Source: Octopus bimaculoides (lineage: Eukaryota). From it: a stretch of DNA of 64,000 bases. The first letter of the stretch is position 1. The number at the start of each line of letters is the position of its first letter. Position numbers and translations under genes: made by a program. Positions 25,623 through 37,959 of the stretch are shown here, piece by piece. The DNA lies in assembly GCF_001194135.2 (NCBI RefSeq), contig NC_068981.1, forward strand, positions 9,967,756 through 10,031,755. The letters run 5' to 3'. The notes under the pieces were generated by a model. It did not search any database and was not told the origin of the DNA. It was given only the letters and a program-made list of their open reading frames with translations.

Positions 25623-25790
25623 GAGAATATACAAATAATAACAACAGACGAGGACAGGTGGTGTAAATAACANNNNNNNNNNACAGACGAGGACAGGTGG
25701 TGTAAATAACAAAAGGATATATTAGTATGACGCTCGGGAATACGGAAAGTCTTTGACGTTTCGAGCTACGCTCTTCAACAGAAAGAATAT
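25621..25790 (-). mobile_element. Penelope-like pseudo-LTR/solo repeat in (TA)n
   Basis: ~170-bp unit between TA tracts with a TGAAGA..GAAACGTC motif; Penelope assignment is inference. Confidence 0.4.
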
Positions 25791-26274
25791 ATATAACACC
25801 TTAATTTTATCTAATTCATTTTGCCATTATTTGCTTACTCTACCAAGTAATATTGTTCACATATTGACATATTAAACAATGTATATATATATATGTATAT
25901 ATATACATACATACATACATACATAAATATTTTTATCCGTACGTTGATATAATATATATTTACACACATATAGATAAGTACATACACACATCCATATATG
26001 TATGTCCTTCCGCCATATTTTCTACGTGTTTACCGAATGTTTTTCATACAATTTACTCACACTTGTCTTTATTTTGTAAACCATTTTTAGATGCCAGACT
26101 ATATTTCAAATCCTAAAATTCTTTAGATACTCTAAAATTCCTGTTTTTCTTTCATCGGAGAAACAAATCTAAACTACAAGAAGAATTCTCTTCTCTCTTT
26201 ATTACGTGCAATTCAATATGTTCACATATTCAATACATTTCGTGGATTTTATATTTGATCATTCGTTGTATATC

Positions 26275-26429
26275 AAGGTGTGGGGGTATGATATGAAGCC
26301 TGCTTCCCAGCCACATGGCTCCGGGTTTAATTCTACTGCGTGGCACCTTGAGCAAGTGTATTCTACTATACCTTCGGCCGCCCAAAGCCTTGTGAGTGAA
26401 TTTCGTAGACAGAAACAGAAAGCCTGTCG

Positions 26430-26474
<45 letters not shown>

Positions 26475-26781
26475 AATATATGAGTATATGCACATATATG
26501 TACATGTATGTATATACGTTCATCTACATGTACATATAGATACATAACTGGGTACATGACGTGGCAAAAGAACAAGGACAAANNNNNNNNNNNNNNNNNN
26601 NNNNNNNNNNNNNNNNNNNNNNNNNNNNNNNNNNNNNNNNNNNNNNNNNNNNNNNNNNNNNNNNNNNNNNNNNNNNNNNNNNNNNNNNNNNNNNNNNNNN
26701 NNNNNNNNNNNNNNNNNNNNNNNNNNNNNNNNNNNNNNNNNNNNNNNNNNNNNNNNNNNNNNNNNNNNNNNNNNNNNNNNN

Positions 26782-26820
<39 letters not shown>

Positions 26821-27060
26821 ATGTATATGTATGTATATGTGCGTGTGTGTATGTGTGTTTGTTCCCACCACCGCTGGACAACTATTGTTGGTGTGTTTAC
26901 GTTCCTGTAACTTAAAATGTCAGTAAAATCACCGATAGAATAAGTACGACGCTCCCAAAAATATAAATATTGTGATCGTTTCATTCGACAAAAGTTCTTC
27001 AAGGCGGTGCCCCAGCATGGCCGCATCCTAATAACTGAATCAAGTAAAAGATAAAAGATG
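26275..27060 (+). mobile_element. SINE family B spanning an N gap
   Basis: Head gcctgcttcccagccacatgg, central microsatellite, tail ggcggtgcccagcatggccgca...gtaaaagataaaag. Confidence 0.75.
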
Positions 27061-27559
27061 ACCATAACTTATTGAATGCTATCAGTTAGAAAGACTGGTG
27101 TATATTTTGCCATGTACTCTTGCTGATGCTATTTAAATGTGTCACCACTAACCGACCAAACGTATGATCGAATCTAATACAGTTATTATAGTTGTTTGTA
27201 TACATATGATACTTCTAGAAACACATTGTTCAATGTATTCTTTTTACGATGAGAACATGTGAATTAGAGGAGATTTTGCCATTATTTCTAGCAGCTCGGT
27301 TCTCCTCATTGACTCGTACTGTTTTCGTATTTTGTTATTCGAATATTAATTAGAATGTCTTCTCTAAACAACATTGTCTTGTAGAAACAGACACATTATA
27401 TTTTCATTACTAAAACTATTATATATTTTCTCAAGCGAGTGGCTAACTATAGCTAAATATATGTTTGCCGTTGAGATATTAGACAATATATTTTAATAGC
27501 TGAATCAACGTCTTATTTCATATTCCATTATTCTTCATATTGTTCCATTTTGTCATGAA

Positions 27560-28030
27560 TTTTTAGCCATCTTGAAAATGTATTTTCAATCTCACTTCGA
27601 AGAGGAAGTCTCTGTAGAAATTGAATAGCGATGGATATTTAAAAACAATACCTAGTTGAATATCGAAGCTGTTCTTTTCTCTCTATACCCGCCATAATCT
27701 CCTTATTTTCCCTTCTATTTACTTTTCTTTGATATTATTTAACCTCATATAAAAATTCTATCGCCATGTCATATCAGTACTGCCTTTTCTATTGCTACTA
27801 TAACGATTTCATTTCCTCGGAGCTGGACGTTCTCGTTCTTCCTCCGTTTGGGCACACTCATCACAATGGCATCCCCACCTCTCCTCATTCTCACTCCTTC
27901 CACTACCACTCTAACCCTTTACTAACCACTATACACAATCCTATCTTTCCTGAACATTGTCCCTCGGAATTGTTTTCCTGCTCATGCTTTTCTTTCCTGC
28001 AGGTGTTGACCAACAACAGTTTAAACGAAA
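27560..28030 (+). mobile_element. L2/Crack LINE 3' end
   Basis: CLFYCYYNDFISSELDVLVLPP matches the L2 C-terminal LFYRYY..CSSEL..LVPP motif. Confidence 0.65.
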
Positions 28031-28395
28031 TATTGGTCTTGAATTTTTGGTACAAGGCGGCCAGAAACGACCCCCCGAACGGATGAAAGGCAAAGTCAAC
28101 CTCGGCAGAATTTGAACTGAGAACGTGAATAGAGACGGAATGTCACTAAGCGTTCGTTTTACCCGGCATGCTCTTTACTCTTTTACTTGTTTCAGTCATT
28201 TGACTGTGGCCATGCTGGAGCACCGCCTTTAGTCGAGCAAATCGACCCCAGGACTTATTCTTTGGAAGCCTAGTAATTATTCTATCGGTCTCTTTTGCCG
28301 AACCGCTACGTTACGGGGACGTAAACACACCACCATCGGTTGTCAAGCGATGTTGGGGGACAAACACAGACACACAGACATATACACACACATAC

Positions 28396-28440
<45 letters not shown>

Positions 28441-28640
28441 TACGACGGGCTTCTTTCAGTTTCCGTCTACCAAATCCACTCACAAGGTTTTGGTCGGCCC
28501 GAGGCTATTGTAGAAGACACTTGCCCAAGGTGCCACGCAGTGGGACTGAACCCGGAACCATTTGGTTGGTAAGCAAGCTACTTACCACACAGCCATTCCT
28601 ACGCATGCTAATAATTCTACCAACTCAACGCCTTGTTTAA
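28030..28640 (-). mobile_element. SINE family C split by a family B insertion
   Basis: Body 28030-28172; head (aaggcgttgagttggtagaattattagcatg on minus) at 28603-28640. Confidence 0.7.
28173..28604 (-). mobile_element. SINE family B, young full-length copy
   Basis: Head gtaggaatggctgtgtggtaag, central (TA)n, tail gaaacaagtaaaagagtaaagag; flanked by gcatgct at 28166-28172 and 28603-28609. Confidence 0.92.
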
Positions 28641-29469
28641 GTGAAATATTAACAGCATTCAGCTCTTCTGTTTCGGAGGAGCTACAAAGGTCAAATGCAC
28701 TGCACCATACTCCAGACTCTTGAAACAAATAAAAGAAACAGAAGAAATATGAGATTCTTAAGAACTAAGGATAAACACAACTATTTCTACAGGTCCATCA
28801 CATTTGCTACGGACCTGTATTTTTTATATAATTCAGTCCAGAAAGGAAACACTTAGAAGAAAGATATTCTTCAACTTTGACGTCAGCCATCGTCTAGTTA
28901 CACAATGTCAGCTACTTCAAGTATTATTTGTACTTGTACTTCTGAAATGTGAACAAGTGACGTCTACGCTTTTAATTAGATTTCGACTTTCACAATAACT
29001 TGGATATCATTGCATAGCAAATTTGAATAGAATTTAAAGACACCTTTATATTTTAATATATATATATATATATATTTTAATATATANNNNNNNNNNNNNN
29101 NNNNNNNNNNNNNNNNNNNNNNNNNNNNNNNNNNNNNNNNNNNNNNNNNNNNNNNNNNNNNNNNNNNNNNNNNNNNNNNNNNNNNNNNNNNNNNNNNNNN
29201 NNNNNNNNNNNNNNNNNNNNNNNNNNNNNNNNNNNNNNNNNNNNNNNNNNNNNNNNNNNNNNNNNNNNNNNNNNTCCAATCTCAGTTCGGAACCACCAAG
29301 AGAATTGTAAAGTATGATTAATATCCTGGGTAAAATGTTCGTGATTTCTAGAAGACTCTGTACCAACTGACATAAATCTGAATTTAAGAAAAAAAAATGA
29401 AATATATAAGTGCCTAGCCTGTTCTTCCCCTTTTAGACACGGCAGTTTCAATTTTTACCAATGATATAA

Positions 29470-29677
29470 CGGTACATGAACGGGATGCCGAAGTAAAAAA
29501 AAAATAGCCGGACGGACAAGAAGCCGAAAAGACATACAAGAATTGAAATTTAATTTCGTTAAATCTTAAGTGCCAAATTGGTGATTTGGTCATTAAGCTA
29601 GGTAGGAATTATTTTTGTGTCCGTTCGGCATTTTGTCCGTTCGGCAAAAGTGCATTCGGTATACTGTCTACGCACGG
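29470..29677. mobile_element. Unclassified MITE with imperfect ~55-bp TIRs
   Basis: gccg(g/a)acggacaa subterminal motifs in inverted orientation; atataa (or gatataac) duplicated on both sides. Confidence 0.55.
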
Positions 29678-30771
29678 ATATAACTGGATTTGTAACATAG
29701 CAGTTCATACATTTATTAATGTATTTGTAAACATACAGTATTTTCTCGTTTGCTGATTCATAGCCTTAGGTTCATTTCCAAGGGAGATGATTCTAACTTC
29801 GTTTCTTTTTTATTTTTCCAAGCCATATAAATTAAATGCCAGCATTATCAGGAAAGGACCAAATCTTCATTTTAAAGAAAAAATTTCATATTCTTAATAT
29901 ACCTTGCTGGTTGACCAATTAAAACAAGAAAATTAGTTGATCATTAAAAGAAACAGGATGATGCAATCAGATGGCGAAAGAGTCGTTTTAGCCATTTAAA
30001 ACCAAGTAAAACTGCCAAATATATTTCTTTAGGTGTCAGCTGATTTTAATTGACGTGTTGTTTTAAATCACTAAAAATCTAATTGCTGACGTTTCAATAC
30101 ATGATCGTAGATCGGTTGTCTGGAATTTTGTGAAATATTATCAACGTTGTCAAGTTAAACATCGTAGAGTGTAATCATTTTTGCTTTTGCTTTTATTTTG
30201 AATAACTGACATACTACATATAAGCCACAATAATGCAATGATAGATTTCCCAACACTTTCTCTTGGCATAGATTTTCATAATTGCATAGTCTGCATCATT
30301 TTGCCGTGAAGATTATTTAAAAAACAAAAACAAAAACCATTCTATCTGAATTGACATTTACTGTCTGATCCAGAATGTTTATGTGAATAAGTTTGACTGG
30401 GCGGTAATTGCTTATGCTAAAAATACATCTTTGTTAAAATAAATTTCGAAATCACTGTGAAAACGATTATGAATTGAGAATATACGATGGAGTCGTGATG
30501 AAATGGCCCAGGGTTCAATCCCTTTACATGGAATTTTCTAGTAAAGTAGCTTCTGCTTTTTAGAGCAGGCTGGTCTAATGCCACCCCAACACATATGCAA
30601 ATAAGCTGCTCTAATATAATAATTCAGCAAAACCTCAAGTGAAAAAGCATCGAACAATGCTAATATTCCCCTATGCGAGGCTAATTTTCTGGTGTAGTAG
30701 TAACACACTTAGTCACGTTAACAAAGGGATGTGCGTTCGAGTTCCGTGCGGATGGAAACCCTACTTTTTTT

Positions 30772-30990
30772 AAGGCGCCGAGCTGGTAGAAACATTAGCA
30801 CGTAGGGCGTAATGCTTAGCGGTATTTCGTCTGTCTTTACTTTCTGAGTTCAAATTCCGCAGAGGTCGACTTTGCCTTTCATCCTTTCGGGGTCGATAAA
30901 TTTAGTACCAGTTGCGCACTGGAGTCGATGTAATCGACTGGCCCCCTCCTCAAAAATTTCGGGCCTTGTACCTAGAGTAGAAAAGAATAA
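30772..30990 (+). mobile_element. SINE family C, near-consensus copy
   Basis: aaggcgccgagctggtagaa...gaggtcgactttgcctttcatcctttcggggtcgataaa...ggccttgtacc. Confidence 0.9.
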
Positions 30991-31076
30991 TCTCCTATGG
31001 ACAACCTAAAAGATTTTTAGTAAGGCTAGCGAACCGTCATACCTAACAAATATGCGACTGATATAGAAAACAAAAC

Positions 31077-31132
31077 TATTAAGCCTTACATATTAAGCCT
31101 TACATATTAAGCCTTACATATTAAGCCTTACA
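31077..31132. repeat. 14-bp unit tattaagccttaca x4 perfect
   Basis: Direct reading. Confidence 0.95.
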
Positions 31133-31679
31133 TATAATCCCTTCTACAGTCTCCTGTCAATGCGAGTGAAAACAAGTTAAGAAAAGAGAAGGCCAACAGG
31201 AGCATTACATCTGTAATTCAACCGACCTGCCTCATTACGTTCTGTGTCATGTATATTCTGTATGAGAATTACGTTTAAGATACAAATGTTAGGGAAGTGC
31301 TCAACCATTTACATAGTAATTCAATAGTAGGTAGTTCTATTTATTGAGCAATTGAAATGTTCATCGTCGAAAAAGACGTAAATTCATTTATTTTATCGAA
31401 TAATTACGAAACACTTAAGTGAAAATAAACATTTCGTTCTATTTCGATTGTGTTCATATGAAATGTTTACATTTACTGTTGTTCTCAATGTAACGCAATA
31501 TCACAAAAATGTGTACATAAACAGAAAACACATGCAAACTTACATACGTATTTCTCATATTACGTTTCTTAAATAAACACCTTTGAATTGCTAGTGTCTT
31601 TTATCTTTAACATATCATACTACACCATCCACATCGCTCCATAATTTATCACACAAAACAACGTTATCTGACATGAAAG

Positions 31680-32500
31680 GTAACTTCACTACTTATACTC
31701 GATATATTCTTTCAAATTCGATAACTCAATTAAAACTGTTCTATTACAGTGTATCTACAGTCTGCGATTACAACACGTTGAATGTCTCTCATTCATTAAT
31801 AACCACCAATACGACTTACGGATTGTCAGATCCGTTGGCGGTAAACTCTTCTAAGTCACGCACCGGTACGTTCTCACTCTTGAGAAATTTGGTAAACATG
31901 ATTTTGCTATGTTCCACATCGGTAACGTTTTCGAGCACCTCTGGCTTGTGAAACTTCAATCAGAATTTTGCTTTGCCGGATCCATTCATCTCTCCTATTT
32001 TGTATCGGTGATTTCCTGTTAGATTACACAATCACATTGTGCACCAATGGTTCTCTCTCTCTCACTCTGTTTTTGTCTTTTTCTTTCTCACTTCTTCTTT
32101 CTCGCCGGTGTGCTCCAGAGTTTAGTATCCACAGTCTTTCACTTTTATGTCATGAACTTAATTACTGTCACCTACAACAAAGCCCTCCCTTATATGGTTG
32201 ACAACCTCATTCAGTCCTTCCTAAATATCCGTGTCCAATTGCCATTCACTTGTAATCTCCACACCGAACTTCCACTGATTACATAAACAGAATTGTCGAA
32301 AATATTTTCCTACTCCAACTGGGTCATGTTTATATCTTTCTACTTTTTACAAGACAATCTCTTCGTAGACCAACAAAACATCATCGTATCCTCTAAAAGT
32401 CTATCCTCACGACCACTTCAAATTCCCGATTTCACCATCGCTGGAGATCTCAAAGCCAGAAATTATTTCGTTCTTTAAGAACTTCCAACCCACTTCATAA
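31680..32500 (+). mobile_element. L2/CR1 LINE reverse-transcriptase fragment, decayed
   Basis: Remnants across frameshifts of QYGFR..RS, VTH, KAF..W.VKL, AGVLQ..S.., LPYMVD (YADD position). Confidence 0.6.
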
Positions 32501-32769
32501 CTCAAATAATTCTCACAGTGACGTATTTCTACATCTGGAACGGAGATGCTGCAACAGACATGTACAACGCCTCTAGATAAAGGATGAAGTCATTCACAAA
32601 CACACTCCAGATATTTAGTTCTCTGTACTCTTCTATCTTTTCTCTCACTACTAAAGTAGCCTCTGCTTTTTGGAGCTGGCTGCTCTCATCCCACCCCGAC
32701 ACTTAAGCAAATTAGTCATTCCAATATAACAATTCTAAAGCCCAACAAAATCCCAAATGAAATATCATT

Positions 32770-33050
32770 GCACAGTGTTAATACTTTCCTTTGCACATCC
32801 TAAGAGATTTTTAGGAAGTCTAAATAAAATACAGCGAACCATCATAACCGTCACACTTAACATAACCATACGACTGACATAGAAGATAAAAGTATTATGT
32901 GTTACATATAACCCGTTCACAACATATCGAGAAAACATAGTTGAGAAAGTAAAACAATGCAAAAAAATACTTACAGCAACCGCAGATGTCACATATGTCT
33001 ACGAGGAAGTCATAACAATAATGTTGTTCAAACTATAGTTTAGATCTATC
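32770..33050 (+). mobile_element. Possible Penelope-like linker fragment
   Basis: ..VTYNPFTTYRENIVEKVKQCKKIL resembles the PLE region between RT and endonuclease. Confidence 0.3.
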
Positions 33051-33349
33051 ATGGCTATCTCAGTATTACACACGCCTCCACAAGAAGCAGCTATAAACGA
33101 GAAAGGGCAGAAAACAGCGTGCCATGCATTGTAATAAGTCGTATACAGAAAGAAATCCAACGACCGTCTGCACAAGGAAAAACCAACATTATTAATGATG
33201 AAACGCCACTTGGACATGCGAAAGGTGCAGTTTGCTGTTGCAACGCGCTTCGACACTCAATCTCTGGCCACAATAGGGAAACACAGCTCCAAACACTTCA
33301 GGCAAGTATGAAACCTATGTCGCTACGGTAGCATTCTAGATGCAGGAGC

Positions 33350-33655
33350 GTGAATGCTTGTGGCTCAGTGGTTAGGACATTCGGCTTACGATCATAAGAT
33401 CGTGAGTTCGATTCTCATCGGCGTGCTGTGTCCATGAGCAAGACACTTTATTGCCACTCAGCTGACAAAAATGAGTTGTACCTGTATTTCAAAGGGCCAG
33501 CCATATTTTGTGTCACCCTGAATCTCTCTAAGAACTCCGTTAAGAGTACGCTTGTCCATGGAATGCTCAGTCACCTGCATTTTAATTTCACGTGCAGGCT
33601 GTTCTTTTAATAAGATCAACTTAAACACTCATCGTTGTAACCGACGGAGTGCCAT
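33350..33655 (+). mobile_element. SINE family A, diverged
   Basis: gtggctcagtggttagg head; ttgtaaccgacggagtgcc tail. Confidence 0.75.
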
Positions 33656-34049
33656 TTAAAAGGCAGGATCCCTCTTCTAGACAAACATAAATATCGCATA
33701 CATCTGAAAGTAGCTGTAACATCAATAGTCATGCTAATCTGAAATGCTGTACGTAGACAGACGTCACAAACAATAAGTGCAGAGGAACAGAGCCTGCTGC
33801 ACTCAGATAGAACTCATCCTGCCTGCCTCTGTTGTGGTCACCCCAGAATCTATGTCCGTACAAAACAGACTGGTCAGCAGAAAAATTACAGTAATCCGGA
33901 TTATCACACTTCTCTTCATACAATTCGTCAGGGCATATATAAATTGAATTAAGATAGAGTGTATGAGAGTAGGTGTATCTGTAGGTCACACCTCATCGTC
34001 CGGTAGCTCTATTATTTGAAACCAAAGGTTACCCTTCTGGTTACATAAT

Positions 34050-34240
34050 AATAGCTTCAAATTTTGGCTCAAGGACAACAATATACGGGGAGGGGTTAAG
34101 TTGATGGTATCGGCCCCAGGGCTCAACTGGTATTTATTTTTTCAACCACTCCCCGAAAGAACAAAAGGCAAAACAAAAGAGGGATGAATTTCTTCCAATC
34201 GTTATGACTGGTGTGCTAACGATTCTGCCAGCTCGTCGCC
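34050..34240 (-). mobile_element. SINE family C
   Basis: gtgctaacgattctgccagctcgtcgcc head in reverse. Confidence 0.65.
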
Positions 34241-34320
34241 ATTTTCTGATTACATAATAATAACAGCAATAGCAAGCCTCTTGTTCTATTTTAAATAATG
34301 AATGTATGAAGAAAAAGCTT

Positions 34321-34919
34321 GGATCTTTTTTAAAACGGGGGCCACATTTTTCATTAACGAAACACTTTGAAACTTGGAACACTGGTAGAATGTGTCATAT
34401 AAAACATCTTTTTTTCTTAGTCTTCTTTAAAAAAAAAGAAATCCCTAAGTTATTCCATGTTAAAGTTGTCGTATTTCTGTAATTTCAACCAATCACTGAC
34501 GTCCATTCAGCCGATATACATTAAGTGCCGACTACATAAACAAACGATTCTGAAACAATTCTATAAGTGATAGGGTTAGGGTTAGGGTAAAACAGAAAAT
34601 TTAAAAAGAAAAAAGCAAATAAAAGGAAGAAAAAAAAAAGAAAATGAAAAAAGCAAATTTAAAATGAAAAAAGCAAATAAAACGAAGCTATGGCTTAATC
34701 AGCCAAAGGAGTAAATGTAAACAACTGAATACTTGTCAGTGATTGGTTGAAATTATCGAAATAAGACAATTTTTTACATGAAATAAATTCGAATACAAAA
34801 ATATTTTTCTGTTCTATAACACAAAATAGATAAGTATACGAAGTTTGAAAGTCTTTCGGTACCAAAAACACTACGTAAAACATTAATGAAAAATGTGGCC
34901 CCCGTTTTAAAAAAGATCC
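34321..34919. mobile_element. Non-autonomous DNA transposon (Merlin-like by 8-bp TSD and GG-start TIR)
   Basis: Perfect 37-bp TIR GGATCTTTTTTAAAACGGGGGCCACATTTTTCATTAA (34321-34357 / 34883-34919); perfect TSD AAAAGCTT at 34313-34320 and 34920-34927; superfamily is inference. Confidence 0.9.
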
Positions 34920-35518
34920 AAAAGCTTATCGTTGAGGCATACACCGTTTAGAATAATTTGATGTCTTATAATAGCGAGTGAGAATACGATTCATTATGAA
35001 TATTCTCTCTTGCTATTGACATAGATCGTATGCATAAAATGGTGACTTGTTTTAGTTCCCGGAACCAGTGCACCCAGTATCATATTACCCGATTTCCACC
35101 TTTTTACGTTTGCTATTTACTGCAGATCAACATTCAGTTTGGTTCGACAACTTAGAGGAGATATATTCTACATTGGGCTAATATAATAAAGATTATGTAT
35201 TACCTGCATGATGATTTGCTTTTTTCACTGCATAACTACAGCCTATTGAATCTTGAGACTTACCACTTTTCATTGTATTGTTTATCTCTTAGATATGTTA
35301 GAAAAGAATATTTTCGTGATCACAAAATCATTGTTGAATGTATTTCACATTTTCTGCCTTTTGAATGCGTGGCTGTTGATATTTATGATTTATTGTGTTG
35401 CTGTTTCCTATACTATACAACATAAAATGTATTTCAGTAATATATCTTAAACTGCATGTAAAGAAAGTATCATGATTGTAGGTTTCTTTGATGAATTGTG
35501 TGTTAGATAAGCCTGAGA

Positions 35519-35557
<39 letters not shown>

Positions 35558-36079
35558 TTTTGAAGGGAAGCGACGGGAAAGCTATTACAGAGATAAAATA
35601 TACATCCATGGTTAATAGTAAGATATCTCTTTTTGTTTCATTATATCTTCTTTACCTTAGATTTAAATACTTTCTGGTATCAAACAGATAGACGGCTGTT
35701 ATCTATGGAAGTACTTTTTTATATCTCCGATACTTACACATATTTAATCAGTTCCCCATCGCAAACCAATAACAGACCAAAGGGAATTCGTCGTTTCAAT
35801 TTAAGAAGAAACGTTTGCCTAAGTTCAAAATGACAAAGAAAATGAGTTATCATAGCTGAAAAAAAAAATAGTATAAAAGATCCATTTCATGTGATTGTGA
35901 GATCAATACTCAGTGATGAAACAAACGAAATCAACATCAAATAAATATATTTAAAAAAATATAAACAAGAATATATAGAAAAAGACATTACAATTGATCT
36001 AATAAACCTTTTTAAGAAATCGATATAAACGTTTCGACTTACGAAGACAACAAGTTTGCTGCCTCTGATAACTGAAAAT

Positions 36080-36463
36080 CGCGGCACTCCGTCGGTTGCG
36101 ACGACGAGGGTTCATGTTGATCCGATCAACGGAACAGCCTGCCCGTGAAATTAACGCGCAAGTGGCTGAGCACTCCACAGACACGTGTACCCTTAAGGTA
36201 CTTCTCAGGGGAGATTCAGCGTGACACGGAGTGTAACAAGGCTGGCCCTTTCAAATATAGGAACGACAGAAACAGGAAGAATGAGTAAGAGAAAGTTGTG
36301 GTGAAAGAATACAGCAGGGATCGCCACCACCCTCTGCCGGGGCCTCGTGGAGCTTTAGGTGTTTTCGCTCAATAAACACTCACAATGCCCGGTCTGGGAA
36401 TCGAAACTACGATCCTACGACCGCGAGTCCGCTGCCCTAACTACTGGACCATTGCGCCTCCAC
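36080..36463 (-). mobile_element. SINE family A, full length
   Basis: Highly similar to 19057-19435; 11-bp TSD taact(g/c)aaaat at 36069-36079 and 36464-36474. Confidence 0.93.
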
Positions 36464-36854
36464 TAACTCAAAATATATCTTAGTTATTGACTGTTGTCTT
36501 GGTTGCGACATCAGGTACATGCCTAACTTCAAATTGTGACCATTTTCTATTTACTATGAAATCTATTGGTGAGTTTATTAGCTTTGAGTAGGTTTCCCTG
36601 TATGTCTAGAACAAGAGTTCAAATAGATACCGAATAAACTGAAATATTTGCCCAGAAATGTGTAAACGTGTTCAAAGATTTGGAGTGTACACATTCAGAA
36701 CACACGTACATTGACACATAGATACTCACACACATGCACACGCAGGTACTGTTTCTGGCTTCGGTAATTACTATATACACTAGTGGGCATTGTGCGTACA
36801 TTTACATCTAATAGATTGATGTTAGCGAATGTATATGAAATAACACTGAGGAAT

Positions 36855-37060
36855 TTCAACCATGTTTCGTGGTCTGCTACTACAACAGCTCCTTTATAGG
36901 ATCCAGTTAGCTCAAGACATCATCAGGAGGAACCACGTCCGGTTTCGGCCCCTACTCCTCTACCTTTTTGACGTGGTGGGGGCCCCCCTTTCGGAGGTGT
37001 CTTCAGCTCTGAAGACTTTAAATTTGTTCGTCGGCCCCATATGGCTGTTTATGAATATGT
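36855..37060 (-). mobile_element. Probable 3' UTR of a second HERO-like LINE family
   Basis: GC-rich island sharing motif order and spacing with the HERO 3' UTR at 18316-18381; almost no coding sequence left. Confidence 0.5.
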
Positions 37061-37316
37061 AAAAAGCACAAAAATTTCATCAGTAAAATTTTGATAATAA
37101 ATTTTAAAAAAAAACACTCATTACAAATTTCATTAAAAATATCTATGGCGAACCTATAACAAAGTACAAATTTCTGAAAGGTAGAAGATGCTAAATAATA
37201 AGGTAGTCATTCTACTTAACAGTATTGTGTACTTAATTTTGCTAAATTGCAATTCCCGCCTGTGTGATAGAGCTGTCCACTACATCTATCTATCTATCTA
37301 TCTATCNNNNNNNNNN

Positions 37317-37352
<36 letters not shown>

Positions 37353-37369
37353 AATGTAATATTATTTTT

Positions 37370-37558
37370 TAATTTTGGCACGAAACCAGATAAAGTCGAT
37401 TGCATCAACCCCTGTATTCGACTATTACGCAGTTTATCAGACCCCGAAAGGGTTCAAGGCAAAATCAACTCCAGTGACATTTGAACTCTTTGAATGTGGA
37501 GAGCTAGAAGAAAAGCTGCTATGCGTTTTATCCGGGACGGTAACCATTCTGCCAGCAA
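37370..37558 (-). mobile_element. SINE family C
   Basis: ttttggcacga...gtcgattgcatcaacccc...ccattctgccagc. Confidence 0.7.
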
Positions 37559-37736
37559 TTTGAAGCTTCTATAATAAATTTCTTCCATTACACGGCGAAA
37601 TATACATTTGTCACGTTCCAGTAGCTTTAAAACGTAACGTGACACAGTCATATGGTTAGTTATCACTGCTAATGTATTGATGGTACAGATTGTGCCTTTC
37701 GTATTGACATTAATATTTAAGATCTTTCGCTTCGTT

Positions 37737-37940
37737 AAGATGGCGAGCTCACAGAATCGTTACCGTATCTGATAAAATACTTAGTGGTGCTTCTTCCGAC
37801 TTTATATTCAAAGTTCAAATTCCACCGAGGTCCACTTTGCCTTTCGTTCTTTCGGGTCGATGAAATAAGTACTAGTTGAACACTGGGGTCGATGTAATCG
37901 ACTTAACTTTTTCCCTGAAATCACTCGTGCTAAAATATGA
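37737..37940 (+). mobile_element. SINE family C
   Basis: aagatggcgagctcacagaatcg...ccgaggtccactttgcctttc...ggggtcgatgtaatcgac. Confidence 0.85.
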
Positions 37941-37959
37941 AACCAATAATTTTCACTTC

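Noticed and set aside
25643-25712. 30-bp direct repeat acagacgaggacaggtggtgtaaataaca
   Set aside because: Copies flank a 10-N gap, so it is a contig-overlap artefact
31152-31280. Exon-like SPVNASENKLRKEKANRSITS after a plausible acceptor
   Set aside because: Downstream sequence aligns by eye to a decayed family A SINE tail; weak donor
33729-33989. 86-aa minus ORF and a signal-peptide-like alternative frame (MKRSVIIRITVIFLL..)
   Set aside because: No usable splice sites; plus strand has an LPASVV remnant suggesting a CR1-type LINE 3' end
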